A stretch of 36,359 nucleotides of DNA, taken from the NCBI RefSeq assembly GCF_001194135.2, contig NC_068996.1, positions 38,445,085 to 38,481,443 on the forward strand. Direction: 5' to 3'. Each line of letters begins with the position of its first letter. The first letter of the stretch is position 1. Positions 1-10,816 of the stretch are shown in pieces. The position numbers were made by a program, and so were the translations under genes. This stretch comes from Octopus bimaculoides. Lineage: Eukaryota. The notes under the pieces were generated by a model. That model had not been told where the DNA came from and searched no databases. It saw only the letters and a list, made by a program, of their open reading frames with translations.

Positions 1-37
<37 letters not shown>

Positions 38-52
38 ATGTATAATGTATAT
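1..52. repeat. (TA)n microsatellite
   Basis: Direct reading; other simple repeats at ~1805, ~1930, ~2300 (CA), ~9690 (TTA), ~13310, ~16283 (CA), ~33573 (GAAA). Confidence 0.95.
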
Positions 53-114
53 ATGTTCACAAGGTGCATAAACTAATAATATTTGTCCAAGGTGCTGCTA
101 TATGGAGCTGAACT

Positions 115-420
115 CGAGAGTAATGAAGCTAGTATGCTCTTCTAGATGTATAATATAAGTGTACATGTATGACAGAGTGTTAGTGCATTGAGAGAAGTTA
201 GGTATAAGAACAATTAGATGCAGTGTGTATGAGAGTGAACTCTGTTAGTTTGGTCATGTGATGCAGATGGATGCTGACACATCCAAAAAGAAGTGCCATT
301 TACTCAAAGTGGGTGGAACTTGTGGAAGAGGAGATCCAAGAAGACATGGGACAAAGTCCTGAAGGGTGACCTCAGAACACTGGACCTTTTGGACAAGATG
401 ACAAAGTTAAAGATATTTCT
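115..420 (+). mobile_element. RTE-clade LINE, decayed ORF C-terminus
   Basis: Frameshifted translation NEASML...REKLGIR...FGHVMQMDAD...KKCHLLKVGGTCGRG..TWDKVLKGDLRTL, the typical RTE W-GH-RM / GRGRP-TW tail; same family as 34850-35850. Confidence 0.8.
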
Positions 421-867
421 CCAAAGTGCTCCAAAATGGTTCTGAACTTGAAACAATTTGGTTGTAATGCAAGTGTCTTAATCTTGTGGTCATGCTTCTA
501 AATGGATTTTAAGCAGCTCTTTGACAGATTCTTTCAATGTATATCCTATTAATTAATGACATAAATAGTTCTAATGGATAGTCAGCTAGGAAATCTTGAA
601 CATAATATCAAAGAGAATTTTTAAGACCATTTTTCTATTTTGTGATGTGCTCGAATATATTATAAAATAATTAGCATTGTTTTTTTATAATTCAAATGTT
701 TTTCATGGTTAAATTGTAGAATCCTGCTGCAATTATGTGATGGAACAACTCAGATAACCATTTGTCCATCTGTATTTCATATTTGACATTAAGTGCTTCT
801 CTAGATGTTTGTATGGTTTTTATTTCTTTTATTATTTCACCCATTTTTAAAAAAAATTTTCTTACAG

Positions 868-985
868 TGATGGATGTTCAGAAAACCCTGAGAATGATCC
901 TACAGGGAAAAGCAATGACTTTCATTTCAAATTTGTTCATATCAACCACAAGAAAGTACATGGGAACAGTAAAATTGAAACTGCA
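868..985 (+). CDS. Gene A internal exon (DGCSENPENDPTGKSNDFHFKFVHINHKKVHGNSKIETA), unidentified protein; gene starts upstream of the window
   Basis: Acceptor ttttcttacag| and donor gca|gtaagt; 118 nt, phase 2 to 0; frame stays open into the next four predicted exons. Confidence 0.65.
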
Positions 986-1802
986 GTAAGTAATTTTTTT
1001 TGGAATATCTGTTGTGTGGGAGTGGTTTGTGATTGAAGTTTATAACAAGAACATTTAAAAAAAAATAACATATTGTATTTACATTACAGTTGTATGTACA
1101 GCCATATTGTATTAACTAGTTCATCAGTCAATAATTTACATTATTTATCTTGTTAAGACAATTGTTGCTGATTCTGTAGTTGTTTCCTTTTTGCTGTCAG
1201 TATTTATATTTTGCTGTTGTAATGTCTTTCATTTCTTGTTCCATTTAAACCTTTTGTACCATATTTCTGTCAGAACACAGAATTTTGTAAATAATGAGTA
1301 ATTCAGTAAAATAACTTTGTCATTCTGCATTATGAAGCTGGTGTTTGGAATATAAATCAGCATGAAATTTTGATGGAAATAATTTAGATCACTTCAAAAC
1401 ATAAAGTTGGTGTTATAGAACCTGAGACAGTTTCAGGGTGGTTGGCATCAAGGTTGGCAAAAGGGTTAATGGGACTTGTGAATTAGTTGGAAACATGATA
1501 TATATATACATATATAAGTGACAGAGGCAGTATTAATACCGAGAGGTAATATTAATCCCCAATTGAATGTGAATGTTCTTTTAGAACAAACTATACTGTG
1601 GTAGATACCATGAGAGAAACTCTCATGTTGGCTATGCTAGCATGAAAGCATGAAACTTTCACTACCACCACTACCACCATCAGAAAAACAACAACGATAG
1701 CAACAACTTAATTAGAACAATGCAAAAAAATAATTTGTATATATATTGTATTTATCACTTACATTATATATATATCCATGTTATGTATACCAATGGGCAT
1801 AT

Positions 1803-1834
<32 letters not shown>

Positions 1835-1927
1835 GCATGTGTTTATATATATTTTTTATACCAAAAATTAGGCAAAAGAATATAGTATTTGTTAACAAAC
1901 TTAGCAAAATACTCACAATTGAGTTTT

Positions 1928-1967
<40 letters not shown>

Positions 1968-3006
1968 CTTTAAAGAGAGCTCAAAACTGATCCATTGAAA
2001 ATACTTTATTATAATAATAATAATAATGAAAGTGACCTATGAACATTTTGATGCAATATCCAGAACGATTCATGCATATTATAAAATATTATAAAATATG
2101 GGATACCACATCTCATCGGGGCCTTATTATTATTGTTATTATTATTATTAGTAATATGCAGACAATAAAAATAGAAAACATTCAAAACCAATTTTCATAG
2201 TTGACCCATGAAAATATGCAAAACAGGATGAAAAGGTATGAGATGATATACAACCGTTCATCCTAAAGGTGTTGAGATCAAGCAAAATACATACATACAT
2301 ACACACACACACACGCACACACACACACACACACACTCACGCACACACACATGCTTGTCTTTCTGTCATTAGTTTTATTTCAAGTATAAGTATAAAAACT
2401 GCATCCATCTGCCAAGCCATGGCAGAGTAAGCTCAACAAACCAGTATGATCTCAGGCTCAAATTCATGACCTTCACATCAGATCGTGGTTGATGGAGAGA
2501 ACATGCTGAGACCCTTGTCCTGCAGTGGACTGAACACAGGCAATCCAGTCGAACACAGACACACATGCACATGCATGCGATTAGACACAACAAACTTATA
2601 GAATAATCACAAGGCTTAAAAATGAGTAAAAAAATTATTGGAGTTGATTCATTTGACTGAAATCCTTCAAGGTGATGCCACAACATGTCTACAGTCCATT
2701 GCCTGAAGCAAGTAAAAGAATAATGATAAGAATAACTAAAAAGAAAATGTGATAATTGAGCCATTTATAATGTACATCTACCAAAAGATATGAAAATTTA
2801 AATTTTAGATTTGTTCAAAACTTGAAGGAAGTTTGAAATGGGCTCCTTTGAATGGTTCTACAATACAAGTGATTGCTGCTGATCTTTCTAAAGAAGTACT
2901 TGATGAAATTGTTGTAAGTTGATGTATTTTATTTCAAAGAAACTCTTTTTAACACTGTTGTCATTGTTTAGTCCCTAGAGCTGTCATAGTTGACCAAATC
3001 TATGAT

Positions 3007-3500
3007 TTAACTCCTTTAGCAATTAAATGGGCCACGTAAAAACATCCAGTCCACACGATAAAGTGGTTGGCACTTGGAAAGGCATCCAGCTGTAAAAATC
3101 ATGCCAAAACACTAACCTTGCCTATGCTAGTGTCACATAAAATGCAGAGTGGTTGGTGTTAGGAAGGGCATCCCGCTATAAAAACCCTGCCAAAACAGAC
3201 ACAGCAGCCTAGGGTAGTTTTCTACCTGACCAGCTCCTGTCAACCGTACTACCTATGCATGCATGGAAGACAGATATTAAATGATGATGATAATGATGAT
3301 GATATACAGCCAAAATATTTTGCTTGTTTTATGTTCAAATTGGCCAGATCCAGCTTCTCACATCTTCTCTACAATGTTGTAAAAATAAACAATCACATCA
3401 TTGAGATCTCAAAGCTATGAGATAATGCTTGATCAATTCAAAGCAATATGAATAAATAAGCATTACAGTTGACAGAGGAACCTGAATGCTGAAGGGTTAA
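3007..3500. mobile_element. piggyBac-type MITE interrupted by an RTE 3' end
   Basis: Termini TTAActcctttagca ... tgctgaagggTTAA; body homologous to 3501-3698 and, inverted, to 17313-17534. Confidence 0.65.
3030..3305 (+). mobile_element. RTE LINE 3' UTR fragment with (GAT)n tail
   Basis: Recurrent motif gtggttgg(t/c)gttaggaagggcatcc...catgccaaaac...aaatgatgatga, found at ~10 sites in the window. Confidence 0.75.
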
Positions 3501-3698
3501 ACCCGCCATGTCCAACCCAAATATTCTGCCCGTTTTATGTTCAAACTGACCACATCTGGCCTCTTAGATTTACCCTAAAAAAGAAACAATCATATCATTG
3601 AAAATCTTAGAGCTATGAGATAATGCTTGATCAATTCAAAGCGATGTGAATAAATAAGCATTACATTTAACAGAGTAATCTGAATACTAAAGGGTTAA
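3501..3698. mobile_element. Second piggyBac-type MITE copy lacking its left TIR
   Basis: Direct repeat of 3305-3500 ending tactaaagggTTAA. Confidence 0.7.
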
Positions 3699-3933
3699 AG
3701 ATGTCGAATGTTGCAAACATCCTATTCTTTTTTATAACAGAAACTACATTGTTTAATATATCCTACTTTATTTAAGATATTAAGGTTGGATTCAAGGGAG
3801 ATTTGACTGCTATTTCCAGAAAGTCACGTGACCACATAGAAGCTTCTGCTTTATTAAACATTAACACTGATATTTTCTTTGTGCTGTTTTAAAATTCTTT
3901 CTTATTTCTCCTTTTGCTGGTTTCTTTTCATAG

Positions 3934-3983
3934 TTTACAAACAACCTGTCTTGTGATAGAAAAAACTCTTCAGTCAAAAACTG
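3934..3983 (+). CDS. Gene A exon (FTNNLSCDRKNSSVKN)
   Basis: Long pyrimidine tract tttcttttcatag| and donor ctg|gtaagt; 50 nt, phase 0 to 2, compatible with both neighbours. Confidence 0.7.
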
Positions 3984-4354
3984 GTAAGTATTTTAATTGA
4001 ACTCTTTTATTTTCCTACTTTTTTTTCTGTATCGGTTTTTTAAATGGGAGAGCAGTCCTAAAAGATTACAGTGTTGCATGTCCCTGCATGGCCACAGCCA
4101 TGAGCTGAAACTATTAAAAGAATAAAGTTTAATCCTCTTTCTGTTATTTGGTAAGAAATTTGCTAAGCTTAAGCCTAGTTGCTATCTCTAATTTTAGAGA
4201 ATGTATTTAGCTTTTCTACATGAATATATTGCAAATCCAGATCTATTCAGTTTAATATAGTATCAGAAAAGAAATATAAAAACTGGAAGAAACATTGAAT
4301 ATTTTTCGGTCTTTGTTATCACCACAGTCCAACCCATGCCAGCATGGAGAACAG

Positions 4355-4600
4355 ACATTAAATAATAATGATGATGATGATGATTGTCATCGTTGTTGTC
4401 GTCATCATCATCATCATCGTTGTTGTTGTTCAATGTTTACTTTCCATGCTAGCATAGGTGGGATGGTTTCACAAGAGCCAGCCAGGCAGAAGCTTGCACC
4501 AGACTTCTGTGACTGTTTTGGCAGGATTTTTACAGCTGGATGCCCTTCCTAAAACCAACCACTCAGCAGAGTGGACTTAGTGCTTTTTACCCAGCTAAGT
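4355..4600 (-). mobile_element. RTE LINE 3' UTR fragment
   Basis: Reverse complement of the ggaagggcatcc motif, with (CAT)n tail. Confidence 0.7.
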
Positions 4601-5009
4601 AAAATCCATGTCCATGTTTCTTCTCCTGCCAATGCACACCCCTGCTGTTTCTCTCTTCCCTCTCCCCTGTGTTCTCCCTCATGTACCTACCTGCACATAT
4701 GTCCCCTTGAATTCCTTCTCCACAATATATCTACCTAGTACCCCCTCTCTCTATCAGTGCACACTCATTACATTTCCTCCTACCACTAGACTCCCCCTCT
4801 CCTTTCAGTATTTTGCGAACTCACCCACCCACTCACCTTCTACAGTCCTCAGCCTACTTTGCTATATACATTTACCCTCTAACATGAGTGTACAGGCCCC
4901 CTTCTCTCTCCCCATCATATCTTCCCCGCCACTTCTCTCTCTAAGGTAGCCATGTTTTTCTTCTAATTCAAGATACTTTCTCTCTCCCTCAATACTACTT
5001 CCCATTCAG

Positions 5010-5240
5010 TTGAAAGGTCTTGTCCTGCAAGTTACTTGGTGACCTCACTGCTGCTGGTGACACATAAAAAGCACCCAGTGCACTCTGTAAAGTAGCTGGT
5101 GTTAGGAAGGGCATCCAACAATAGAAACCATGCCAAAACAGACAATAGAAGTTGGTGCAGTCTTCGGCATTGCTAGTTGCTATCAAGCTACCTCAGCCAC
5201 ACCAGCAGGAAAACAGACATTAAATGATGATGTCAGCAAT
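5010..5240 (+). mobile_element. RTE LINE 3' UTR fragment
   Basis: ggtgacacataaaaagcacc...ttaggaagggcatcc...aaatgatgatg. Confidence 0.7.
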
Positions 5241-5289
5241 GGTGATAATGCATTAATTATATTAGCAACAACTTACCTATTTAATATAA

Positions 5290-5785
5290 CTCTTTTACTT
5301 GTTTCAGTCATTTTGACTGTGGCCATGCTGGAGTACCGCCTTTAGTCGAGCAGATCAACCTCAGGACTTATTCTTTGTAAGCCTAGTATCAAGCGATGTT
5401 GGGGGGACAAACACAGACATACAAACACACACACATACATACTTATACATATATNNNNNNNNNNNNNNNNNNNNNNNNNNNNNNNNNNNNNNNNNNNNNN
5501 NNNNNNNNNNNNNNNNNNNNNNNNNNNNNNNNNNNNNNNNNNNNNNNNNNNNNNNNNNNNNNNNNNNNNNNNNNNNNNNNNNNNNNNNNNNNNNNNNNNN
5601 NNNNNNNNNNNNNNNNNNNNNNNATATACGACGGGCTTCTTTCAGTTTCCGTCTACCAAATCCACTCACAAGGCTTTGGCCCGAGGCTATAGTAGAAGAC
5701 ACTTGCCCAAGGTGCCACGCAGTGGGACTGAACCCGGAACCATGTGGTTCATAAGCAAGCTACTTACAACACAGCCACTCTTATG
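5290..5785 (-). mobile_element. tRNA-derived SINE, family 1 (spans an N gap)
   Basis: Minus strand has A box TGGCTGTGTTG and B box GGTTCAGTCCC, body GGATTTGGTAGACGGAAACTGAAAGAAG, a central microsatellite and tail TGACTGAAACAAGTAAAAGA. Confidence 0.85.
5455..5623. other. Assembly gap (N), within a SINE microsatellite
   Basis: N run; further gaps at 25953-25962 and 28263-28289. Confidence 1.
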
Positions 5786-5799
5786 CCAAATAGTTCATA

Positions 5800-5963
5800 G
5801 GCACAGGCATGTCTGTGTGGTAAGAAGCTTGCTTTTCAATCACATGGTTCTGGGTTCAGTCCTACTGTGTGGCACTTTGGGTAAGTGTCGTCTACTGTAG
5901 CCTCAAACTGACCAAAGCTTGTCAGTGGATTTGGTAGACAGAAACTGAAAGAAGTCTGTTGTG

Positions 5964-5995
<32 letters not shown>

Positions 5996-6200
5996 AGTGT
6001 GTGTTTTCATGTCTGTGTTTGCCCTCCACTACTGCTTGACAACTGGTGTTGGTGTGTTTACATCCCCATAACTTAGTGGTTTGGCAAAAGAGACTGATAG
6101 AATAAGTACTGGGGTTGATACATTTGACTAAAAATTCTTCAAGGTGGTGCCCCAGAGTGGCCACAGCCTAACAACTGAAACAAGTAAAGCAAGGTAAAAT
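5800..6200 (+). mobile_element. tRNA-derived SINE, family 1 (head-to-head with 5290-5785)
   Basis: Same head, body and tail motifs on the plus strand. Confidence 0.85.
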
Positions 6201-6399
6201 ATTAAAGATAGTCTTATAAAGTCATCTGAGAAGTCTGTGTTGGACATTGCTGCATTTTAATTGCAGCAACAGCAGACAGGTAGTGCAGTTATTTTAGTAT
6301 TGGTGCTACATAATAACCAACACCTACTTATAGTAAAGCCTTCTGCCACTTAGAAGGGTTGTTATTTTATATATTCATTCATTTATTCATATGCATGGT

Positions 6400-6610
6400 G
6401 TATTGGCAGAATTGTTAGAGCTTTGGGCAAAATGCCTTGTGGTATTTTTTTCTGTCTGTTTAGATTTCTGAGTTCAAATCCTGCCAAAATCAACTTAGTT
6501 TTTCATTCTTCTGGGGTTGATTAAATAAGGTGCCAATCAAGTACTGGTGGCAATCTAATCAACTGTCACCCTGTCCCAGAATTTTAGACCTGTGCCTATG
6601 TTAGAAAGTG
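6400..6610 (+). mobile_element. Decayed tRNA-SINE monomer, family 2 (Deu/Nin-like core)
   Basis: ggcagaattgttag...ctgagttcaaatcc...tttcattcttctggggttgat; homologous to the dimeric SINE monomers. Confidence 0.7.
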
Positions 6611-6699
6611 TTATTTATTTATATATTTACTGGTTAAGAAATTATTTACTTTACTTAATTTGAATTATTTTTACTTTATTAATTCTATTATTTGTAGAA

Positions 6700-6845
6700 G
6701 CATATGGCTTAGCGGTTAGGGTGTTGAACTCATGATCATAAGATTGTGGTTTCAATTCTTGGACCAAGTGATTTGTTGTGTTCTTGAGCAAAACACTTCA
6801 TTTCATGTTGCTTCAGTTCACTCAGCTGGTATAAAAGAGTACTTC
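6700..6845 (+). mobile_element. tRNA-SINE, family 3 (CORE-like)
   Basis: tggcttagcggttagg A box; gtgttcttgagcaaaacacttcatttcatgttgcttcagttcactcagctg; homologous to 24055-24340. Confidence 0.7.
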
Positions 6846-7014
6846 TGGGATGGACCAGTGTCCTCTCCAGGGGGGACCATATACACCAGAGAAACCATGA
6901 AACCAGTCTTATGCTCTTAAAATAATAATGTGGACTAACCAATTTTGTTATTGATATAATAATAATTCAAATTATTTCATTTTATTAAAAATAATTTAAT
7001 TTTGCATTTTGCAG

Positions 7015-7083
7015 CAAGTCAAAAGACAAGCAACTAACAAGAGAAGTAAATGAAAGTATTAAAAAACTGAAAAATGATAATTG
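7015..7083 (+). CDS. Gene A exon (KSKDKQLTREVNESIKKLKNDN)
   Basis: Acceptor ttttgcattttgcag| and donor ttg|gtaata; 69 nt, phase 2 to 2; open in the frame set by the previous exon. Confidence 0.65.
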
Positions 7084-7244
7084 GTAATATTTCATTTTCT
7101 TTTTTTTTTTGTTTAAATGGTTTTTTTTTCTACTTAGTTAAAGTAATCCAAATTACATTTCTTATTAATATAATGGTAAGTCAAAAATACGAGAATTCAG
7201 GATCAGGCATTGTTGTGTGGATATAAGTACAGGTGTGACTGTTT

Positions 7245-7625
7245 TGATATAGGTGAAGGTGTGACTGCATAAGAGGTTTGCTTCCCAACCATGTGGTTCT
7301 GGGTTCAGTCCCACTGCATAGTACCTTGGGCAGGTGTCTTCTTCTATAGCCTTGGGCTGACAAAAACCTTGTGAGTGGATTTGGTCGACAGAAACTGAAA
7401 GAAGCCTGTCATTTATGTGTGTGTCTTTGTACTTTGTTTGTCCCCCATCATTCCCTTGACCACTGGTATTGCTTTGTTTATTCCCCTGCCACTTAGCAGT
7501 TTGGCAAAAAGAAACCAACAGAAATATAGTACTGGACTTAAAAAATAAGTACTGGGGTTGATCTATTTAACTAAACCCTTCAAGGTAGTGTCCCAGCATG
7601 CCTGAAACAAGTAAAAGAATAAAGA
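7245..7625 (+). mobile_element. tRNA-derived SINE, family 1
   Basis: gggttcagtccc B box, ggatttggtcgacagaaactgaaagaagcc body, family tail. Confidence 0.85.
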
Positions 7626-7645
7626 GTAACATTTTGAGTTGACAA

Positions 7646-7678
<33 letters not shown>

Positions 7679-7859
7679 ATTCTTGCAACCTACACCTAGA
7701 AATTAGGGGGAATTCTGTGTCTAGGAGTAGCAAACTTCTAGTCATGGCTGATCTTGTAGCTAAGCAATAAGACCAATAGATATCAATTTTCTACTCACAG
7801 ATCAGATTCTCTTCACTGGCCATAATACAGCCATATGTGGGAATCATTATGTTTTTATA

Positions 7860-8260
7860 ACCTGCTAGTAATTTTGAGATTTCTAGGGTTTCATCACTCC
7901 TGAAAGAGGAACCCCTCCCTGACCTTTCACCACCAGCTGTCTCTGGCCAGTATTAGCCATGTAAGCCCCAGGGAGTGAGGGAGGTCATCTCGCCATTTTC
8001 TCTTTGGTTGGCCTCTTGAGCTTGTCCATTGTCTTAGTTTCCAGTCTGTCACCCTGATTGTCCAACTGGTGTCCTTCAGTTACACGATGTGACCAATCCA
8101 CTATATTTGTTCTCTTTGTTGGTTCTTATGATGTCATTGACTCTTGTTTGCTGTCAGATCTAGAAATATCACCTAATTCTCTCTTGATTTATACCCTCAC
8201 AGTCTTAAAAAGTGAATGTAAGAACACATTAGTAGTACTAGGTATGAGACAACCATGGTT
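7860..8260 (-). mobile_element. RTE-clade LINE ORF C-terminus (second family)
   Basis: Frameshifted IRQQTRVNDIIRT...WIGHIV*LKDTSWTIRVTDWKLRQWTSSRGQPKRKWRDDL, an RTE signature. Confidence 0.75.
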
Positions 8261-8639
8261 GCTAACCTGAGATACCAGCAGTATATATATAACCATAGTT
8301 CTTTGGGGTACTTGTTTATAGCGAACACAGTGAGCCAATGGGTGCTATTTTTGCCAGGGATGCTTATGCTCAGCTATAAATTGTTAAACCATAAGCTTTC
8401 AGCTGAGAGGTAATGTATAAAACAACATAATAGCAATAATAATAAACCTTTACTAAATAAATACCAGATAATGTTATTTCACACGGAAACTGGTCAACGT
8501 GGTTGAATAACCAATCCCAACAAGTAGGGATTCACAGTAAGGATTGTACTATTTATCCCTTTGATTGCTGAGGACAGAACATGGCTCATGAGGCTTTGGT
8601 TCAGGTGATTTTCCTGAGTTACCATCTCACTCTTGTACA

Positions 8640-8782
8640 TCAATTTGTCACAAGGTTACCCATTTACAGATGAGAAAACTTGGAGTGACGTGACATGCAA
8701 AACACAATACATCACTTAGTCTAGGGACTGAACCCATGATCTAGCAACTGTGACTGCAACATCCTAACCAGTAGGCCACTGC
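8640..8782 (-). mobile_element. tRNA-SINE with CORE-like segment
   Basis: Minus strand tggcctactggttagg...gggttcagtccc...ttttctcatctgtaaatggg. Confidence 0.6.
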
Positions 8783-8989
8783 CCTTTTATGAATTAAGGA
8801 AAAGAAAAAAAAACTTGTCCAAAAGGCATGAACAAAATTCAATCATAGCAATGCTTACTAATGCAATATTTTTAGCATAAAAACATTGTTTCCAATCTTT
8901 TTATTGTAAGAAAAGGCTATGTAGAGTTAATCTTTCATATAATAACTAGGCATAGGTCTTTCATCCTAAATATGTACTGGTTGCAGCAT

Positions 8990-9215
8990 ATATCATCATC
9001 ATCATTTAACGTCCACTTTCCTTGCTGGCATGGGTTAGATGGTTTGACTGGAATTAATAAGCCAGAGAGCTGCACCAGGTTCCAATCTGATTTGACATAG
9101 TTTCTACAGCTGAATGCCCTTCCTAATGCCAGCCACTCCAAGTGTGTAATGGGTGCTTTTTACATGTCACCGGCACAGGTGCCATTTACATGACACCAGC
9201 AATGACCACAACTGC
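8990..9215 (-). mobile_element. RTE LINE 3' UTR fragment
   Basis: (CAT)n then ...gaatgcccttcctaatgcc... Confidence 0.7.
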
Positions 9216-9519
9216 GATTTTTAAAATTCTTCTGACATTAATGTGTAATTCTTGGTGGTAAGAAAGTCTCCAAAATGGATAGAGAAATTCATGAAGGACT
9301 GCTTTGATAGAACACCTGTCATCTATAGGAGATGTGGGTTTACGTCCCATGGGCAGCCTTTTGCTTGTTCTGACTATAAAAGGGATTTTCAATCCAATAT
9401 TTACATGCTATTGTTTATAGATTTATCTAGCCATAGAAACTCTGTCAAAGCATATATTTGAGCATGAGACAGTCCTCTGACATTATTATTATTATTGTTA
9501 TTGTTGTTTTGCCAGCCAT

Positions 9520-9870
9520 GCTAATGACAAGATCATTAGCATGGCTGGCAAAATGCTTAGTGGTATTTCATTTGCTGCTACATTCTGAGTTCAAATTACA
9601 CTGACTTCGATTTTGCCATTCGTCCTTTCAGGGTCGATATAATCAACTTACACCTCCCCAAAATTACAGGCCTTGTGCCTACAGTAGAAATTATTATTAT
9701 TATTATTATTATTGTTATTATTATTATTATTGTTATTATTATTATTATGCCTTTCATTCTTTTGAGGTCGATAAATTAAGTGCCAGTGAAGCATTGGGGT
9801 CAATGTAATGGACTCATCCCCTCCCTCAACATGGCTTCCCTTGTGGCAAAATTTGAAACCATTATTATTA
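9520..9870 (+). mobile_element. Two family-2 SINE cores separated by a (TTA)n microsatellite
   Basis: gcc(t/a)ttc(a/g)t(c/t)ctttc/tgrggtcgata cores at ~9615 and ~9750. Confidence 0.65.
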
Positions 9871-9879
9871 TTGTTAGTC

Positions 9880-10270
9880 ATGGCTGATGCCAGTGTCGTG
9901 TAATTGGCACCCATGCTGGTGGCACATAAAAAGCACCCAAGCACCCTTTGAAATTTGGGCCTCACGGAGGCAGTGACAAGTGATTGAGACCTTTAGCAAT
10001 ATACTGTGCTTGAGAAGAACTGTCAAGTCAAGTGAGATCGTAGTTGTGGTTGGTGCTGATGTTTTGTAACTGGCACCTGTGCCAATGGCACATAAAATGC
10101 ACCCACTACACTCTTGGAGTGGTTGGCATTAGGAAGGACATCCAACTGTAGAGACCATGCCAAATCAGATTGAAACCTGGTGCAGCTTACCAGTTTTCAG
10201 TCAAACCATCCAACCCCTGCCAGCATGGAAAAACAGGCATTAAATGATGATGATGATGATGATGATGATG
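9880..10270 (+). mobile_element. RTE LINE 3' UTR with (GAT)n tail
   Basis: ggtggcacataaaaagcacc...gtggttggcattaggaagg...aaatgatgatgatgat. Confidence 0.75.
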
Positions 10271-10394
10271 CTTATAGCTTTATGTGTGTGCTTTGAGTAT
10301 TTCAATAAAAGAGTTAATTCACTTTCCTTTGAATGTTTATAAAATTCTTATGACGTCAACGAAATAAAATATGTTGTTTGCTGTATCAAGTTTC

Positions 10395-10650
10395 ATCAAC
10401 ATCATTGTTTATTGTCTGCTTTCCATGCTGGCATGGGTTGGACGGTCTGACTGAGGAACTGGCAAACTGGGAGGCTACACCAGGCTCCAGTCTGTTCTGG
10501 CAAGGTTTCTACAGCTGGATGCCCTTCCTAACAGCAACCACTTCAAGAGTGTAGTGAGTGCTTTTTACATACCACCGGCATGGGAGCCAGTCAGGCAGCA
10601 TTGACATCGACCACACTCAAATGGTGCTTTTTGGGTGCCAGTCAGGTGAC
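10395..10650 (-). mobile_element. RTE LINE 3' UTR fragment
   Basis: ggatgcccttcctaac motif, inverted relative to 9880-10270. Confidence 0.7.
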
Positions 10651-10793
10651 ACTGGCAAATTTGTAACTATATTAATTATCAAAAAAATCTTTCTGATGAC
10701 ACATAAAATAAATGTCTCTGAATTTTTTTTTACATGTATCAGGAACAATTATTTTTAAACATGCTCTTCTATTTTGTCTTTACTTTCTTTCAG

Positions 10794-10816
10794 TGGTGAT
10801 TGCATAATATTATACA
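10794..10816 (+). CDS. Gene A 23-nt micro-exon (GDCIILY)
   Basis: Strong acceptor ctttactttctttcag| and donor aca|gtaagc; phase 2 to 1 exactly bridges exon 7015-7083 and the terminal exon. Confidence 0.5.

Noticed and set aside
1720-2764. ORFs rich in YI/VC/NN repeats
   Set aside because: Translations of (TA)n, (CA)n and (AAT)n microsatellites
9252-9461. 69-aa plus ORF (SPKWIEKFMKDCFDR...)
   Set aside because: No flanking splice sites or recognisable motif; sits between repeats
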